This document shows positions 52,670 to 63,148 of a stretch of DNA of 64,000 nucleotides, piece after piece. The notes beneath the pieces were generated by a model that searched no databases, was not told the DNA's origin, and saw nothing but the letters and a program-made list of their open reading frames with translations. Positions within the stretch are counted from its first letter, which is position 1. Every line of letters begins with the position of its first letter. The DNA lies in assembly GCA_902521725.1 (NCBI GenBank), contig CABYTF010000005.1:118-64117 (forward strand). Reading direction: 5' to 3'. Both the position numbers and the translations under genes were made by a program. The stretch is from an uncultured Gammaproteobacteria bacterium (lineage in GTDB: Bacteria; Pseudomonadota; Gammaproteobacteria; GCA-002705445; GCA-002716945).

Positions 52670-55600
52670 CTAGTTTGGTTTATTCTCTGAATCCAAGTCA
52701 ATATTGATACTTAGAGACCTAATTTCTTTTAGTAAAACGTTGAATGATTCTGGTATGTGCGCATCAGTTGTGTAGTCACCATCAACAATATTCTTATAAA
52801 CTTTATTTCGCCCAGCTATATCATCAGATTTAACTGTCAAAACTTCCTGAAGAACATTTGTGGCGCCGTAGGCTTGTAGTGCCCAAACTTCCATCTCTCC
52901 AAATCTTTGACCGCCAAACTGTGCTTTACCACCCAGCGGCTGTTGAGTCACAAGACTATATGGGCCTGTAGATCGGGCATGCATTTTATCATCAACTAGA
53001 TGGTTTAGTTTTATGATGTACATATAGCCAATAGTGACAGGCCTTTCAAATTTTTCTCCAGTTCTCCCGTCATACAAAATTGATTGACCACTCGTAGGAA
53101 GCTCAGCCAGCTCGAGCATCTTTTTAATTTCCTCTTCAGAAGCGCCATCAAATACCGGTGTAGCCATAGGTAGACCGCTTTTGAGATTGTTGGCTAGAGT
53201 TATGATTTCATCGTCACTAAATTTATCAATAGTATATTTTGTAAAGCCCGGACACTCCTTGTAAACCTTTGATATAAACTGTTTTAACGTCTTAACTTCT
53301 TGCTGCTCCTTGAGCATTTGATTAATTTTATCACCTATGCCATGAGCAGCCCATCCAAGATGAGTCTCTAAAACTTGTCCTACATTCATCCTAGAAGGCA
53401 CACCTAGAGGATTTAGAACAATATCTACGGGTGTACCATCTTCACGATGAGGCATATCTTCAACCGGAATGATTTGAGAGATTACTCCCTTGTTACCATG
53501 ACGACCAGCCATTTTATCACCAGGTTGAAGTGTTCTTTTTACAGCTAGATACACTTTTATTTTCTTTTGTACACCAGGTCCTAAATCATCTGGCATAGTG
53601 ATTTTCTTAGTAACTTCATCAAGATCTTGATTGAATTTATTTTGTAAGTCATCAATGCTATTTGCTAAGTTGGCCAAACTAATATTCGCCTTCTCCACTT
53701 TAGTCTGTAATTTAAATAGATCATCATTATTCACTGTGTCAATTAGTGCAGCAGTCAATTTAGATCCGGCCTTGAAGTCTAAAATTGATTTGGAAAGTGT
53801 TTTATTTAATAAGAGCTTTCTAGCCCTAATATAAACCGTTTCTTGATTAATTCTAAGCTCATCAACAAGGTTTTTCTTAACCTCTTCTATTTGAGCTTCC
53901 TCTATCTGAATTGCCCTTTTATCTTTATCTATGCCTTCTCTAGTGAAAACTCTTACGTCTATCACAGTTCCATCCATACCTGATGGCACCTTTAAGGATG
54001 AATCTTTGACATCTGACGCTTTTTCTCCAAATATTGCTCTTAGAAGTTTCTCTTCAGGAGTAAGCTGAGTCTCGCCTTTTGGTGTAACTTTTCCAACGAG
54101 TATGTCACCAGATTTAACTTCTGCACCAACGTATACAATGCCTGATGCATCTAACTTATTAAGCAAATTTTCACTCACATTCGGGATGTCTGCTGTTATT
54201 TCCTCAGATCCCAACTTAGTATCCCTCGCTACACATTCGAGCTCTTCAATATGTATAGATGTAAATCTATCCTCTCTAACAACTTTCTCAGAAACGAGAA
54301 TTGAGTCTTCAAAGTTATAACCATTCCACGGCATGAATGCTATTAGTAGGTTTTGACCTAATGCAAGTTCTCCAAGATCTGTAGATGGACCATCGGCAAT
54401 CGCATCACCTGCGGTAACTCTATCCCCCGGCTTGACTAAAGGTCTCTGATTTATGCAGGTATTTTGGTTAGTTCGTGTGTATTTTGTAAGTGGATAAATA
54501 TCAACCCCAGTGTCAGAATCATCCCCAACATATTTTTCATCAACATTTACAATTATTCTTGATGCATCAACATAATCAACTTCTCCATCTCTTCGTACTT
54601 TTACTGACGCTCCTGAGTCAACTGCAACGGTTTTCTCCATACCAGTACCTACTAGAGGTTTATCAGGGATTAACAGCGGGACTGCTTGCCTTTGCATATT
54701 TGAACCCATCAATGCTCGGTTAGCATCGTCATGTTCTAGAAATGGAATAAGTGCAGCTGCAACTGAGACAACTTGGCGTGGTGAAACATCCATTAGTTCA
54801 ACCTTATCTGGTGATGAAATTGTGAATTCGTTGTTGAAGCGGCATGATATTAAATCACCAGCAATATTCCCTTTTGAATCAAGAGCTGTATTAGCCTGTG
54901 CAATCATATACTTGCTCTCCTCGATTGCGGATAACCATTTAATTTCGTCTCTTACTCTATTTTTGCTGACAACTCTATATGGTGTCTCAAGGAAACCGTA
55001 TGAATTCGTTCTAGAGTATGTTGCAAGTGAATTAATTAGACCAATATTTGGTCCCTCCGGAGTTTCGATTGGACAGACTCTCCCATAATGTGTAGGGTGA
55101 ACATCCCTTACCTCGAAGCCTGCTCTTTCCCTAGTTAACCCACCTGGACCAAGTGCTGATATTCTTCTTTTATGAGTAATCTCGGCTAGAGGATTATTTT
55201 GATCCATAAATTGCGATAACTGACTAGTTCCAAAGAATTCTTTGAGAGTCGCAGTTATAGGTTTTGAATTAACAATATCTTTTGGTTGTAGTTTTTCTGC
55301 TAATTCCATTGTAGTCATTCTCTCTTTGACTGCTTTTTCTACTCTAACCAGTCCCACTCTGAAGACATTCTCAACCATCTCGCCTACACACTTGACTCTT
55401 CGGTTACCTAGATGGTCAATATCATCAACAGAATCTGATCCATTTCTTATATTTATGAGAGTCTTAAGAACATCTAATATATCCTGATTGGATAATGTGG
55501 TCTCACCCTCCATGCTCTCACGGCCTACCCTTGAGTTAAACTTCATTCGCCCAACATCAGACAGATCATACCTGTCCATAGACTGAAATAAATTGGTAAA

Positions 55601-56902
55601 CAATTGATTAGCTGCCTCTTCGGTAGGTGGCTCACCTGGTCTCATCATTCTATAAATTTCAATCAAAGCAGATTTTTGATCAGTAGTTGGATCAACATCT
55701 AGGGTGTTGCAAATAAAAGCACCCCTATCAAGATCATTTGTGTGAAGGATTGTGAAATTAGTAATGCCAAATTCATGTATTTGAGCTATGGCATCGAGGT
55801 CAATTTCTTGATTGCACGATAAAATATTCACTGGGACTGTTTTTAGATTGATTAATTTTTCCTTAGTAGCTTTATCTATTTTCTGATTAGCGTCACAGAT
55901 GAGTTCTCCCGTATCAGGATCAATTATTTGCTCTGAGACTATCATATCGACTTTCAGATCAGCACCTTTCAACTTAATGGCTACATTGCTGGCAACACGT
56001 TTCCCTAGAATAAAATCATCAGGCACTTGAAACACTTTCATTTTACTTTTCTTGGCAGCATCAATTTGTCTAGCTGTAATACGTTTTCCTTTGCCAACAA
56101 TGAGTTTTTTATTATGATAGATGTCAAATGAAGCAATACTACCCTTGAGATCTTCTAGGTTTTGGTCGATAAATATTTTGCTATCTTTGACGGTAATTTT
56201 ATTGAAGTCATAAAACTGAGCAATGATTTCTTGTGTGGAATACCCGAGAGCTCGCAGAATTATCGTTGAAGCTATTTTCCTCCTGCGATCAATTCTTGCG
56301 TAGATAATATCTTTTTGATCAAACTCAAAATCTAACCAAGAACCTCTGTAAGGAATGACCCTTGCTGAAAAAAGCAACTTACCAGAAGAATGTGTTCTTC
56401 CTCGATCATGATCAAAAAAGACTCCTGGCGATCTATGAAGCTGAGATACAACGACTCTCTCCGTTCCATTAACAATGAACGTGCCATATTTGGTCATTAT
56501 TGGTAACTCGCCAAGAAAGACCTCCTCGTTTTCAAAGATTTCTACTTTTTCTGAATTTTTCTCGTCTAGATTCGTATAGAGTTTAAAGTTCACCTTAATA
56601 GGTACTGAATATGTTTTGCTACTAATCCTACATTCCTCCTCATTAAACTCGGGCTTGTCCAGTTTGAAACTGGTGTATTCAAGTTTACAGTTGTTGGAAT
56701 AGTCGTATATCGGGAAAACTGATTCAAATACCCTGTGGAGTCCTGACTTGTCTATGTCAAAGGTACCATTAGAATATCCTAGAAAATCATTATATGAGTT
56801 TATTTGCAGATCAATTAAATTCGGTGCCTCTATTACGTCACTAGTTTTTCCAAAGCTTTTACGAATACGTTTTTTTTCAGTATAAGAATACGTCATAGCC
56901 AA
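52670..56902 (-). CDS. rpoB: RNA polymerase beta subunit
   Basis: [31 protein letters not shown]; start TTG 56902 or ATG 56896. Confidence 0.99.
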   Translation of the reverse strand: MAMTYSYTEKKRIRKSFGKTSDVIEAPNLIDLQINSYNDFLGYSNGTFDIDKSGLHRVFESVFPIYDYSNNCKLEYTSFKLDKPEFNEEECRISSKTYSVPIKVNFKLYTNLDEKNSEKVEIFENEEVFLGELPIMTKYGTFIVNGTERVVVSQLHRSPGVFFDHDRGRTHSSGKLLFSARVIPYRGSWLDFEFDQKDIIYARIDRRRKIASTIILRALGYSTQEIIAQFYDFNKITVKDSKIFIDQNLEDLKGSIASFDIYHNKKLIVGKGKRITARQIDAAKKSKMKVFQVPDDFILGKRVASNVAIKLKGADLKVDMIVSEQIIDPDTGELICDANQKIDKATKEKLINLKTVPVNILSCNQEIDLDAIAQIHEFGITNFTILHTNDLDRGAFICNTLDVDPTTDQKSALIEIYRMMRPGEPPTEEAANQLFTNLFQSMDRYDLSDVGRMKFNSRVGRESMEGETTLSNQDILDVLKTLINIRNGSDSVDDIDHLGNRRVKCVGEMVENVFRVGLVRVEKAVKERMTTMELAEKLQPKDIVNSKPITATLKEFFGTSQLSQFMDQNNPLAEITHKRRISALGPGGLTRERAGFEVRDVHPTHYGRVCPIETPEGPNIGLINSLATYSRTNSYGFLETPYRVVSKNRVRDEIKWLSAIEESKYMIAQANTALDSKGNIAGDLISCRFNNEFTISSPDKVELMDVSPRQVVSVAAALIPFLEHDDANRALMGSNMQRQAVPLLIPDKPLVGTGMEKTVAVDSGASVKVRRDGEVDYVDASRIIVNVDEKYVGDDSDTGVDIYPLTKYTRTNQNTCINQRPLVKPGDRVTAGDAIADGPSTDLGELALGQNLLIAFMPWNGYNFEDSILVSEKVVREDRFTSIHIEELECVARDTKLGSEEITADIPNVSENLLNKLDASGIVYVGAEVKSGDILVGKVTPKGETQLTPEEKLLRAIFGEKASDVKDSSLKVPSGMDGTVIDVRVFTREGIDKDKRAIQIEEAQIEEVKKNLVDELRINQETVYIRARKLLLNKTLSKSILDFKAGSKLTAALIDTVNNDDLFKLQTKVEKANISLANLANSIDDLQNKFNQDLDEVTKKITMPDDLGPGVQKKIKVYLAVKRTLQPGDKMAGRHGNKGVISQIIPVEDMPHREDGTPVDIVLNPLGVPSRMNVGQVLETHLGWAAHGIGDKINQMLKEQQEVKTLKQFISKVYKECPGFTKYTIDKFSDDEIITLANNLKSGLPMATPVFDGASEEEIKKMLELAELPTSGQSILYDGRTGEKFERPVTIGYMYIIKLNHLVDDKMHARSTGPYSLVTQQPLGGKAQFGGQRFGEMEVWALQAYGATNVLQEVLTVKSDDIAGRNKVYKNIVDGDYTTDAHIPESFNVLLKEIRSLSINIDLDSENKPN

Positions 56903-56971
56903 AAGATCCTTCTGGTTTCTACCAAATTTAAGTTCTCAAAACTAGTTTGAGTAGTGTTATGTTCTAAGAGT

Positions 56972-57352
56972 TTATTTAAGTTCAACAGTTGCTCCAGCTT
57001 CTTCCAATTGCTTTTTAAAATCGTCTGCTTCCTCTTTGGAAGCACCTTCTTTTAAAACGCATGGTGCTGATTCAACTTTGTCTTTTGCTTCTTTCAGCCC
57101 AAGACCAGTAATTGCTCTTACAGCTTTAATAACTGCAACCTTATTACTGCCCATGTCTGCTAGAGATACATCGAATTCAGTTTTCTCTGCTGCTGCATCA
57201 CCGCTCTCACCTGCTGCTGCTGGTGCGGCTGCCACAGCTGCTGCTGCTGTAACTCCAAATTTCTCTTCCATCTGTGATATGAGATCAACAACCTCCATCA
57301 CAGTCATATTAGAAATGCTCTCTAGTATGTCATCTTTACTCACTGCCATCAT
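56972..57352 (-). CDS. rplL: 50S ribosomal protein L7/L12
   Basis: EEKFGV, Ala-rich hinge, GLGLKEAK. Confidence 0.98.
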   Translation of the reverse strand: MMAVSKDDILESISNMTVMEVVDLISQMEEKFGVTAAAAVAAAPAAAGESGDAAAEKTEFDVSLADMGSNKVAVIKAVRAITGLGLKEAKDKVESAPCVLKEGASKEEADDFKKQLEEAGATVELK

Positions 57353-57366
57353 TTTCTCCCGATAAA

Positions 57367-57888
57367 TTAATTCTTAGCTGCTTTCACAGCATCAATAGTT
57401 CTTACTAATTTATTAGGTACGGCCTTCATCGTACCCATAAGTTTTTGAATAGGTCCCTGCATAACTGATAGTAATTTTGATATTGCCTCCTCATATGTTG
57501 GAAGTGATGCAAGTTTTTTCAATTCGCTAATATCTAAATCTTGACCTAGATAGTTGATTGCTTTTGGTTTTAAATTCTCATGTTTATCAATAAATTCTTT
57601 AATAGATTTTGCAAATTTACCCGCGTCTTCTTTTCCTACCGCAACAATCTGTGGTCCTGAAACATTCTCAGACATAGACGCAAATTGGCTATCTTTCAGG
57701 GCCATTTTCAACATATTATTCTTAACAAGCTTAACAAACACGCCTGCTTCACGCGTTGTCTTTCTGAGTTCATTTAATTCATTCGATGTTAAGCCAGAGT
57801 AATCAGCTGTCAAAACGACCTCAGCATCACTTAATACAGTGGTCATTTCTTTGACTAAATCTTTTTTCTGGGATAAATTCAGCGGCAT
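57367..57888 (-). CDS. rplJ: 50S ribosomal protein L10
   Basis: [21 protein letters not shown]. Confidence 0.97.
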   Translation of the reverse strand: MPLNLSQKKDLVKEMTTVLSDAEVVLTADYSGLTSNELNELRKTTREAGVFVKLVKNNMLKMALKDSQFASMSENVSGPQIVAVGKEDAGKFAKSIKEFIDKHENLKPKAINYLGQDLDISELKKLASLPTYEEAISKLLSVMQGPIQKLMGTMKAVPNKLVRTIDAVKAAKN

Positions 57889-57889
57889 A

Positions 57890-58591
57890 CTAACTCCTCT
57901 TCTCGACTGACGATAAGTCTACCTTAATTCCTGGTCCCATAGTAGAGGAAATTGTAATATTTTTCATATATTTACCTTTGGCAGATGATGGTTTTGCTTT
58001 AATTAAATCTGAGACTAGTGCAGCGGCATTATCTGCAAGCTTGTTTGTGTCGAAATCAAGTTTTCCTATAATTGCATGAATTATCCCTGCCTTGTCATTC
58101 TTATATCTAATCTGACCTTTTTTAGCCTTAGTTATTGCCTCGGCAATGTTCTTCGTAACTGTGCCTTCCTTTGGATTAGGCATCAAATTTTTGGGACCTA
58201 AAATCCTGCCAAGTTGTCCCATTTTCTTCATACAATCAGGAGTTGCAACAACAATATCGGCGACGAGATCTTTCTCTTTTTTGACTTTATCAATCAAATC
58301 CTCAAAACCAACTTCATCCGCGCCAGCATCTTTGGCTGCCTTCTCATCTTCTCCATCTGCAAAAGCCACCACGGTCATAGTTTTGCCGATCCCATGTGGC
58401 AAAGTTGAGGAACCTCTCACACCTTGATCTGACTTGGTCGCATCAATGCCCAAATTGACACTAAGGTCAACGCTCTCATTAAATTTGGCTTTTGGAGCGC
58501 TTTTTAACAGTTCAATTGCTTCTTCTAAGCTATAGTCTTTAGATGTGTCAATTTTATCTTGTATCGCTTTTGTCTTTTTTGATAAGCTCAT
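57890..58591 (-). CDS. rplA: 50S ribosomal protein L1
   Basis: LPHG, LGPKNLMPNPK, SSTMGPG. Confidence 0.98.
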   Translation of the reverse strand: MSLSKKTKAIQDKIDTSKDYSLEEAIELLKSAPKAKFNESVDLSVNLGIDATKSDQGVRGSSTLPHGIGKTMTVVAFADGEDEKAAKDAGADEVGFEDLIDKVKKEKDLVADIVVATPDCMKKMGQLGRILGPKNLMPNPKEGTVTKNIAEAITKAKKGQIRYKNDKAGIIHAIIGKLDFDTNKLADNAAALVSDLIKAKPSSAKGKYMKNITISSTMGPGIKVDLSSVEKRS

Positions 58592-59022
58592 TAATCTTCC
58601 ACCTCGATACCCATGCTCCTAGCTGTACCAGCAATAATTTTCATTGAGTTCTCTAGATTCGCGCCAGTTAAGTCACCCTCTTTAGCCTTCACAATACTCG
58701 CTAATTGATCTTTCGTCACTTTTGCAACTTTATTAGTGTGTGGGGTTGCGCTGCCTTTTTGGATACCTGCAGCTTTTTTTAGTAGAACTGCTGCTGGAGC
58801 AGATTTAATTATGAAATCAAACGATCTATCTTTATAAACATTTATCACCACTGGTAATGCCATACCTTTTTCTGCATCCTTAGTTTTATCATTAAATTGC
58901 TTGCAGAAATCTTGAATATTTAGTCCATGTTGCCCTAAAGCTGGTCCAACAGGTGGTGCTGGATTTGCAGACCCCGCAGGGACTTGAAGCTTAACTTGTG
59001 TCATCAATTCTTTTGCAGCCAT
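58591..59022 (-). CDS. rplK: 50S ribosomal protein L11
   Basis: [17 protein letters not shown]. Confidence 0.98.
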   Translation of the reverse strand: MAAKELMTQVKLQVPAGSANPAPPVGPALGQHGLNIQDFCKQFNDKTKDAEKGMALPVVINVYKDRSFDFIIKSAPAAVLLKKAAGIQKGSATPHTNKVAKVTKDQLASIVKAKEGDLTGANLENSMKIIAGTARSMGIEVED

Positions 59023-59552
59023 TATCCTTTCTCCACTTGTGTTAATGATAGCTCTATAGGCGTCGGCTTACCGAAAACCAAAACTGATACTTTAAGCTTA
59101 TTTTTTTCAAAATCAACTGTTTCTACAACACCATTGAAGTCATTGAATGGACCATCTGTAATCCTTACAACTTCACCAGGTTCGAACATGACCTTTGGTT
59201 TAGGTTTATCCACATCATTTTGCATAGACTGCATTAAGTTATCAGCCTCGGATTTCTTGAGGGGAACAGGTTTGTCACTTGTGCCACCAATAAAACCGAG
59301 CACTTGTGGTGCGCTCTTCACAAGGTGCCATGTCTCGTCATTCATATCCATTTTGATCATTACGTATCCTGGAAAATATTTTCTCTCTGACCTTTTCTTT
59401 TTCCCCTCTTTGATTTCTAAGACTTCCTCAGTAGGAACTAGGATTTCCTCGAAAGAGTCTTGTAATCCGCTTCTTTTGATTCTGTCCTCGAGTGTAAGTT
59501 TTACCTTATTCTCATAGCCTGAGAAAGCTTGCAATACGTACCAATCCATCAT
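59022..59552 (-). CDS. nusG: Transcription termination/antitermination factor NusG
   Basis: [30 protein letters not shown]. Confidence 0.97.
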   Translation of the reverse strand: MMDWYVLQAFSGYENKVKLTLEDRIKRSGLQDSFEEILVPTEEVLEIKEGKKKRSERKYFPGYVMIKMDMNDETWHLVKSAPQVLGFIGGTSDKPVPLKKSEADNLMQSMQNDVDKPKPKVMFEPGEVVRITDGPFNDFNGVVETVDFEKNKLKVSVLVFGKPTPIELSLTQVEKG

Positions 59553-59917
59553 GCTACTCCGTATAGGGTGCCTATAGCCCATCCTAAAAACATGTCAAAA
59601 AGCCATAATAAGATACCTACAATAATTACAACAAAAATAACGCCCAATGTTGTTTGTGTAGTCTCTTGTTTTGTAGGCCATGTGACTTTTTTTAGCTCTA
59701 CTTTAGAGTCAGTCACATATGAATAAACTAATTTGCCAAAATCACTCTGATAGGCGATAAAAGCAGAAAAAACAACAACAGAAATCATACCAACTACTCT
59801 GTAAAATAATCTTACATCACTGAAGTAATAGAATAGAATCATTCCAGTGATGAGCACACCAATTGATAGTATTAAGTAGGGTGTACTAGACTTAGTTTCT
59901 ATATTATTCTCTGTCAT
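59549..59917 (-). CDS. secE: Preprotein translocase SecE (3-TM type)
   Basis: ELKKVTWPTKQET. Confidence 0.95.
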   Translation of the reverse strand: MTENNIETKSSTPYLILSIGVLITGMILFYYFSDVRLFYRVVGMISVVVFSAFIAYQSDFGKLVYSYVTDSKVELKKVTWPTKQETTQTTLGVIFVVIIVGILLWLFDMFLGWAIGTLYGVA

Positions 59918-59939
59918 GGCATTATCTTCGTAAATTCGT

Positions 59940-60012
59940 CAGGCCAGGAGGGACTCGAACCCCCAACCTACGGTTTTGGAGACCGTCGCTCTACCAGTTG
60001 AGCTACTAGCCT
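59940..60012 (-). tRNA. tRNA-Trp (CCA)
   Basis: AGGCTAG...CTCCAAA anticodon loop...GGTTCGAGTCC...CTGGCCTG; 3' CCA not encoded. Confidence 0.95.
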
Positions 60013-60033
60013 ATCATCAAAATCAATGATAGC

Positions 60034-61224
60034 TTACTCTACTATTTTCGATACGACTCCAGCTCCAACAGTCTTGCCACCTTCACGTATCGCAAATTTT
60101 AGTCCTTGTTCTAGAGCGATAGGTGTTATAAGTTCGACATTCATTTTTACATTGTCACCAGGCATGACCATTTCCACATCTTTGGGTAGTTCAATCGCAC
60201 CTGTTACGTCAGTTGTTCTGAAATAAAATTGAGGTCTGTAATTGCCAAAGAATGGTGTATGTCTTCCGCCTTCATCTTTTGATAGAACGTAAACTTCACA
60301 TTCAAATTTAGTATGAGGTTTTATTGAACCTGGAACACAAAGTACTTGTCCCCTCTCAACTTCCTCTCGTTTTGTTCCTCTGAGAAGTACGCCTACGTTA
60401 TCGCCAGCGACACCCTCGTCAAGAAGCTTTCTAAACATTTCTACGCCAGTACATGTGGTCTTTTGTGTTTCTCTTATACCAACTATTTCTATTTCTTCAC
60501 CCACATTAACTTTTCCTCTTTCTATTCTACCTGTCACAACCGTTCCACGACCTGATATAGAAAATACATCCTCAATCGGCATGAGGAATGTTTGATCAAC
60601 TGGACGCTCAGGCACAGGTATAAACTTGTCCATCTCTTCAACAAGTTTTTCAATTGACGGGATACCTATATCTGACGAATCACCTTCAATAGCTTTTAAC
60701 GCTGAACCTGAAACTATAGGCACATCGTCACCTGGAAAATCGTATTTAGAGAGAAGCTCTCTTATTTCCATCTCAACTAAATCTGTTAATTCTTTATCAT
60801 CTACTTGATCGGCTTTATTTAGATAAACTACAATGTGTGGTACTCCAACTTGACGAGCTAAAAGTATATGTTCTCTAGTTTGAGGCATCGGACCGTCTGC
60901 TGCAGAGCACACTAAAATAGCGCCATCCATTTGCGCTGCACCTGTAATCATATTTTTTACGTAGTCAGCATGACCTGGACAATCTACGTGTGCGTAGTGT
61001 CTGTCTGTTGACTCATACTCAACGTGAGCTGTCGCGATCGTAATCCCACGCTCTCTCTCTTCAGGAGCATTGTCGATCTGATCATAAGCTTTTGCTTCTC
61101 CACCAAATTTCTCACCCATCACCTTGGTGATAGCAGCAGTAAGTGTTGTTTTGCCATGATCTACGTGGCCAATCGTACCAACGTTTACATGGGCTTTATT
61201 TCTTTCAAATTTTTCCTTAGCCAT
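60034..61224 (-). CDS. tuf: Elongation factor Tu
   Basis: [18 protein letters not shown]. Confidence 0.99.
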   Translation of the reverse strand: MAKEKFERNKAHVNVGTIGHVDHGKTTLTAAITKVMGEKFGGEAKAYDQIDNAPEERERGITIATAHVEYESTDRHYAHVDCPGHADYVKNMITGAAQMDGAILVCSAADGPMPQTREHILLARQVGVPHIVVYLNKADQVDDKELTDLVEMEIRELLSKYDFPGDDVPIVSGSALKAIEGDSSDIGIPSIEKLVEEMDKFIPVPERPVDQTFLMPIEDVFSISGRGTVVTGRIERGKVNVGEEIEIVGIRETQKTTCTGVEMFRKLLDEGVAGDNVGVLLRGTKREEVERGQVLCVPGSIKPHTKFECEVYVLSKDEGGRHTPFFGNYRPQFYFRTTDVTGAIELPKDVEMVMPGDNVKMNVELITPIALEQGLKFAIREGGKTVGAGVVSKIVE

Positions 61225-61320
61225 TTTTTAAATCCCGAGTTAGTTAAGTTTCAAGTGGGGTAATAATAAACCACTTTTATGCGCATTTACACTAAAATTT
61301 TACTAAAATCAACGAAAAAA

Positions 61321-61393
<73 letters not shown>

Positions 61394-61401
61394 GTCGAAT
61401 A

Positions 61402-61590
61402 TAAACACCTGGATGATAGTCAAAAGAAACGATATATACAACCAAGATTGACGTAGTTCAATCATATATTTATTCAAGACGATAGCCATGAAGGGATTAC
61501 ATAGCGATCGTCTCAGTACCCTATGGAGGAGAAGCCTCTAGATACTAAGAATAGTTATGAGGATCGAATTACTGTTTTGTTAAATGTCTA
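61402..61590 (-). ncRNA. Candidate structured non-coding RNA in the tRNA-Gly/tRNA-Thr spacer
   Basis: Three adjacent hairpins plus a possible closing stem, read by eye; G-U pairs favour the minus strand; no convincing ORF. Confidence 0.5.
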
Positions 61591-61602
61591 TTTTAATGAT
61601 TG

Positions 61603-61673
61603 AGCGGGTAGCGGGAATCGAACCCGCATCGTCAGCTTGGAAGGCTGAAGTTCTACCATTGTACCATACCCGC
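61603..61673 (-). tRNA. tRNA-Gly (TCC)
   Basis: GCGGGTA...CAGC-CTTCCAA-GCTG...GGTTCGATTCC...TACCCGCT. Confidence 0.95.
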
Positions 61674-61685
61674 ATCAAATTTGTT

Positions 61686-61767
61686 TGGAGGGGGCAGGAT
61701 TCGAACCTGCGAAGGCAGGGCCAGCAGATTTACAGTCTGCCCTCGTTGACCGCTTGAGTACCCCTCC
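61686..61767 (-). tRNA. tRNA-Tyr (GTA)
   Basis: GGAGGGG...GCAGA-CTGTAAA-TCTGC, long variable arm, GGTTCGAATCC. Confidence 0.95.
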
Positions 61768-61783
61768 GAAAATCAACTTTTGT

Positions 61784-61812
61784 ATCTTAACAAAGCATTG
61801 ATCCTATAGCAT
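61784..61812 (-). promoter_or_regulatory. Putative promoter of the tRNA-tuf operon
   Basis: ATGCTA-17 nt-TAAGAT with extended TG, 16 nt upstream of tRNA-Tyr. Confidence 0.5.
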
Positions 61813-61824
61813 TAAATTTTTTAG

Positions 61825-62034
61825 TTAGTATGGTCTTTCTGGTTTTTTAATGAACCACAAATATAAAACCCAAGCAATACCTAAAGATAGTATGGTTTGA
61901 CTAGTTTTGTTAAAGTTATTTGCAAAAAATATTAGAAATAATACAACTGTTGCGAATAAAACAAAAAATGCTTCGATTCGATTTGAGGTAATTTTCATAC
62001 CAAAAATTCTTGGTGGTGGACCCAGAGGCTTCAT
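61825..62034 (-). CDS. Small hypothetical membrane protein (2 TM)
   Basis: Two hydrophobic stretches; ATGA overlap region with the upstream ORF stop. Confidence 0.65.
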   Translation of the reverse strand: MKPLGPPPRIFGMKITSNRIEAFFVLFATVVLFLIFFANNFNKTSQTILSLGIAWVLYLWFIKKPERPY

Positions 62035-62258
62035 TTAATCTCCATAAGTTTGATGATATTTGTATTCAATACATTTATATCATGAGTCCTAATTATGTTG
62101 TAGACTTCTGAGACATCAATGCCTCTTTTTTTCGAAATATGAACTAAACCAGGTTTCTTCTGAAAATCATTTATGATGCCCTGATTCGAAGAGTAGAAAT
62201 CTACTTTTTTAAGTATGAAAAATGCATGAAGAAATCTTCTAATGCTACTAGTATGCAT
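62031..62258 (-). CDS. Hypothetical protein with a probable Mor-like helix-turn-helix
   Basis: NQGIINDF...LVHISKKRGIDVSEVYNII pattern; overlaps both neighbours. Confidence 0.55.
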   Translation of the reverse strand: MHTSSIRRFLHAFFILKKVDFYSSNQGIINDFQKKPGLVHISKKRGIDVSEVYNIIRTHDINVLNTNIIKLMEIK

Positions 62259-62661
62259 TAATCATCCTCTCAAGATCCTCAAGACTTTTTTGTTTTTTTC
62301 TATCAAAGCGCTCAAATATTTTTAGGTAGTTGCTACAGTTACTTTTTTGCACATTTAGCTTAAGTTTCATTAATTGCGTTATTGTAGCTGATTTAGTTTT
62401 CATATAGGTTGACTTCAACATATCATAATCATCATCAGTAAAAAGCATATATTTATCCTTCAGCTCTCTGAGTAAAACAAATAGTGAATTCAACTCTTGA
62501 TCATCATCATAGTTTTGCACACACAAAGAACTATAACCGTCAATACTTGCAGAATAATTGACGAGATCAATAAACAATTTATCCGGTGCAGCACCTAATG
62601 AATTTGAAAAAAGTGGTGTTAGGAGAACAAGCTTAATTGTTAATGATCTGATAAATTTCAT
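62248..62661 (-). CDS. Hypothetical exported helical protein
   Basis: Signal-peptide-like MKFIRSLTIKLVLLTPLFSNSLGA; two Cys. Confidence 0.7.
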   Translation of the reverse strand: MKFIRSLTIKLVLLTPLFSNSLGAAPDKLFIDLVNYSASIDGYSSLCVQNYDDDQELNSLFVLLRELKDKYMLFTDDDYDMLKSTYMKTKSATITQLMKLKLNVQKSNCSNYLKIFERFDRKKQKSLEDLERMINAY

Positions 62662-62989
62662 TTATGATATCCCTACTGATATTATATCCTTTCTTTAAAA
62701 AATATTTTTCAAACTCTGCAATAAATTTCTCTTTATTATAGTTGTTATTGACGGAAGTTACAGCTTGCGCCACAAATGCTTTCAGTTCCCATTTCATAAA
62801 TTGTGAATTACCGATGGATGGATATTTTTTTTTATTCAGGGATATTTGCGTTATGATCTCTTCCCAGACATGTGGCATGTTAGGGGAAGATAAAAGAATG
62901 TCCAAAATATTTAGCCAACTTCCCTTCCATATTAATGGATCGAGCTGGGCAAATACATGCCTGACCTTTAGAGGTAAATCTTTATTCAT
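62633..62989 (-). CDS. Hypothetical cytoplasmic protein
   Basis: ATG at 62989 avoids overlapping the tRNA; TATAAT 15 nt upstream. Confidence 0.7.
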   Translation of the reverse strand: MNKDLPLKVRHVFAQLDPLIWKGSWLNILDILLSSPNMPHVWEEIITQISLNKKKYPSIGNSQFMKWELKAFVAQAVTSVNNNYNKEKFIAEFEKYFLKKGYNISRDIINEIYQIINN

Positions 62990-63053
62990 AATGAAAACTT
63001 CGATATTATACGTCAGTATTATATCATTATGACTATAAATGAGTTTAGTAATT

Positions 63054-63127
63054 GCCACCTTAGCTCAGTTGGCCAGAGCAGGGGTTTTGTAAACCTCAGG
63101 TCGTCAGTTCGAATCTGACAGGTGGCT
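63054..63127 (+). tRNA. tRNA-Thr (TGT)
   Basis: GCCACCT...GGGGT-TTTGTAA-ACCTC...AGTTCGAATCT...AGGTGGCT. Confidence 0.94.
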
Positions 63128-63148
63128 CAATTAATTTAGTGAGTTCAA

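Noticed and set aside
55150-55240. Ala at the RpoB Ser522-equivalent ([11 protein letters not shown]) as rifampicin resistance
   Set aside because: Ala occurs naturally at this site in rifampicin-sensitive bacteria such as B. subtilis; Q513, D516, H526 and S531 equivalents are intact
39670-59517. Long plus-strand ORFs (e.g. 39670-40287, 47239-47712, 58984-59517) opposite ribosomal and RNAP genes
   Set aside because: Antisense shadows of conserved genes; no SD and no recognisable protein features
62990-63058. N-terminal extension of the 141-aa ORF
   Set aside because: Overlaps the tRNA-Thr 5' end and the promoter region; ATG at 62989 is more plausible
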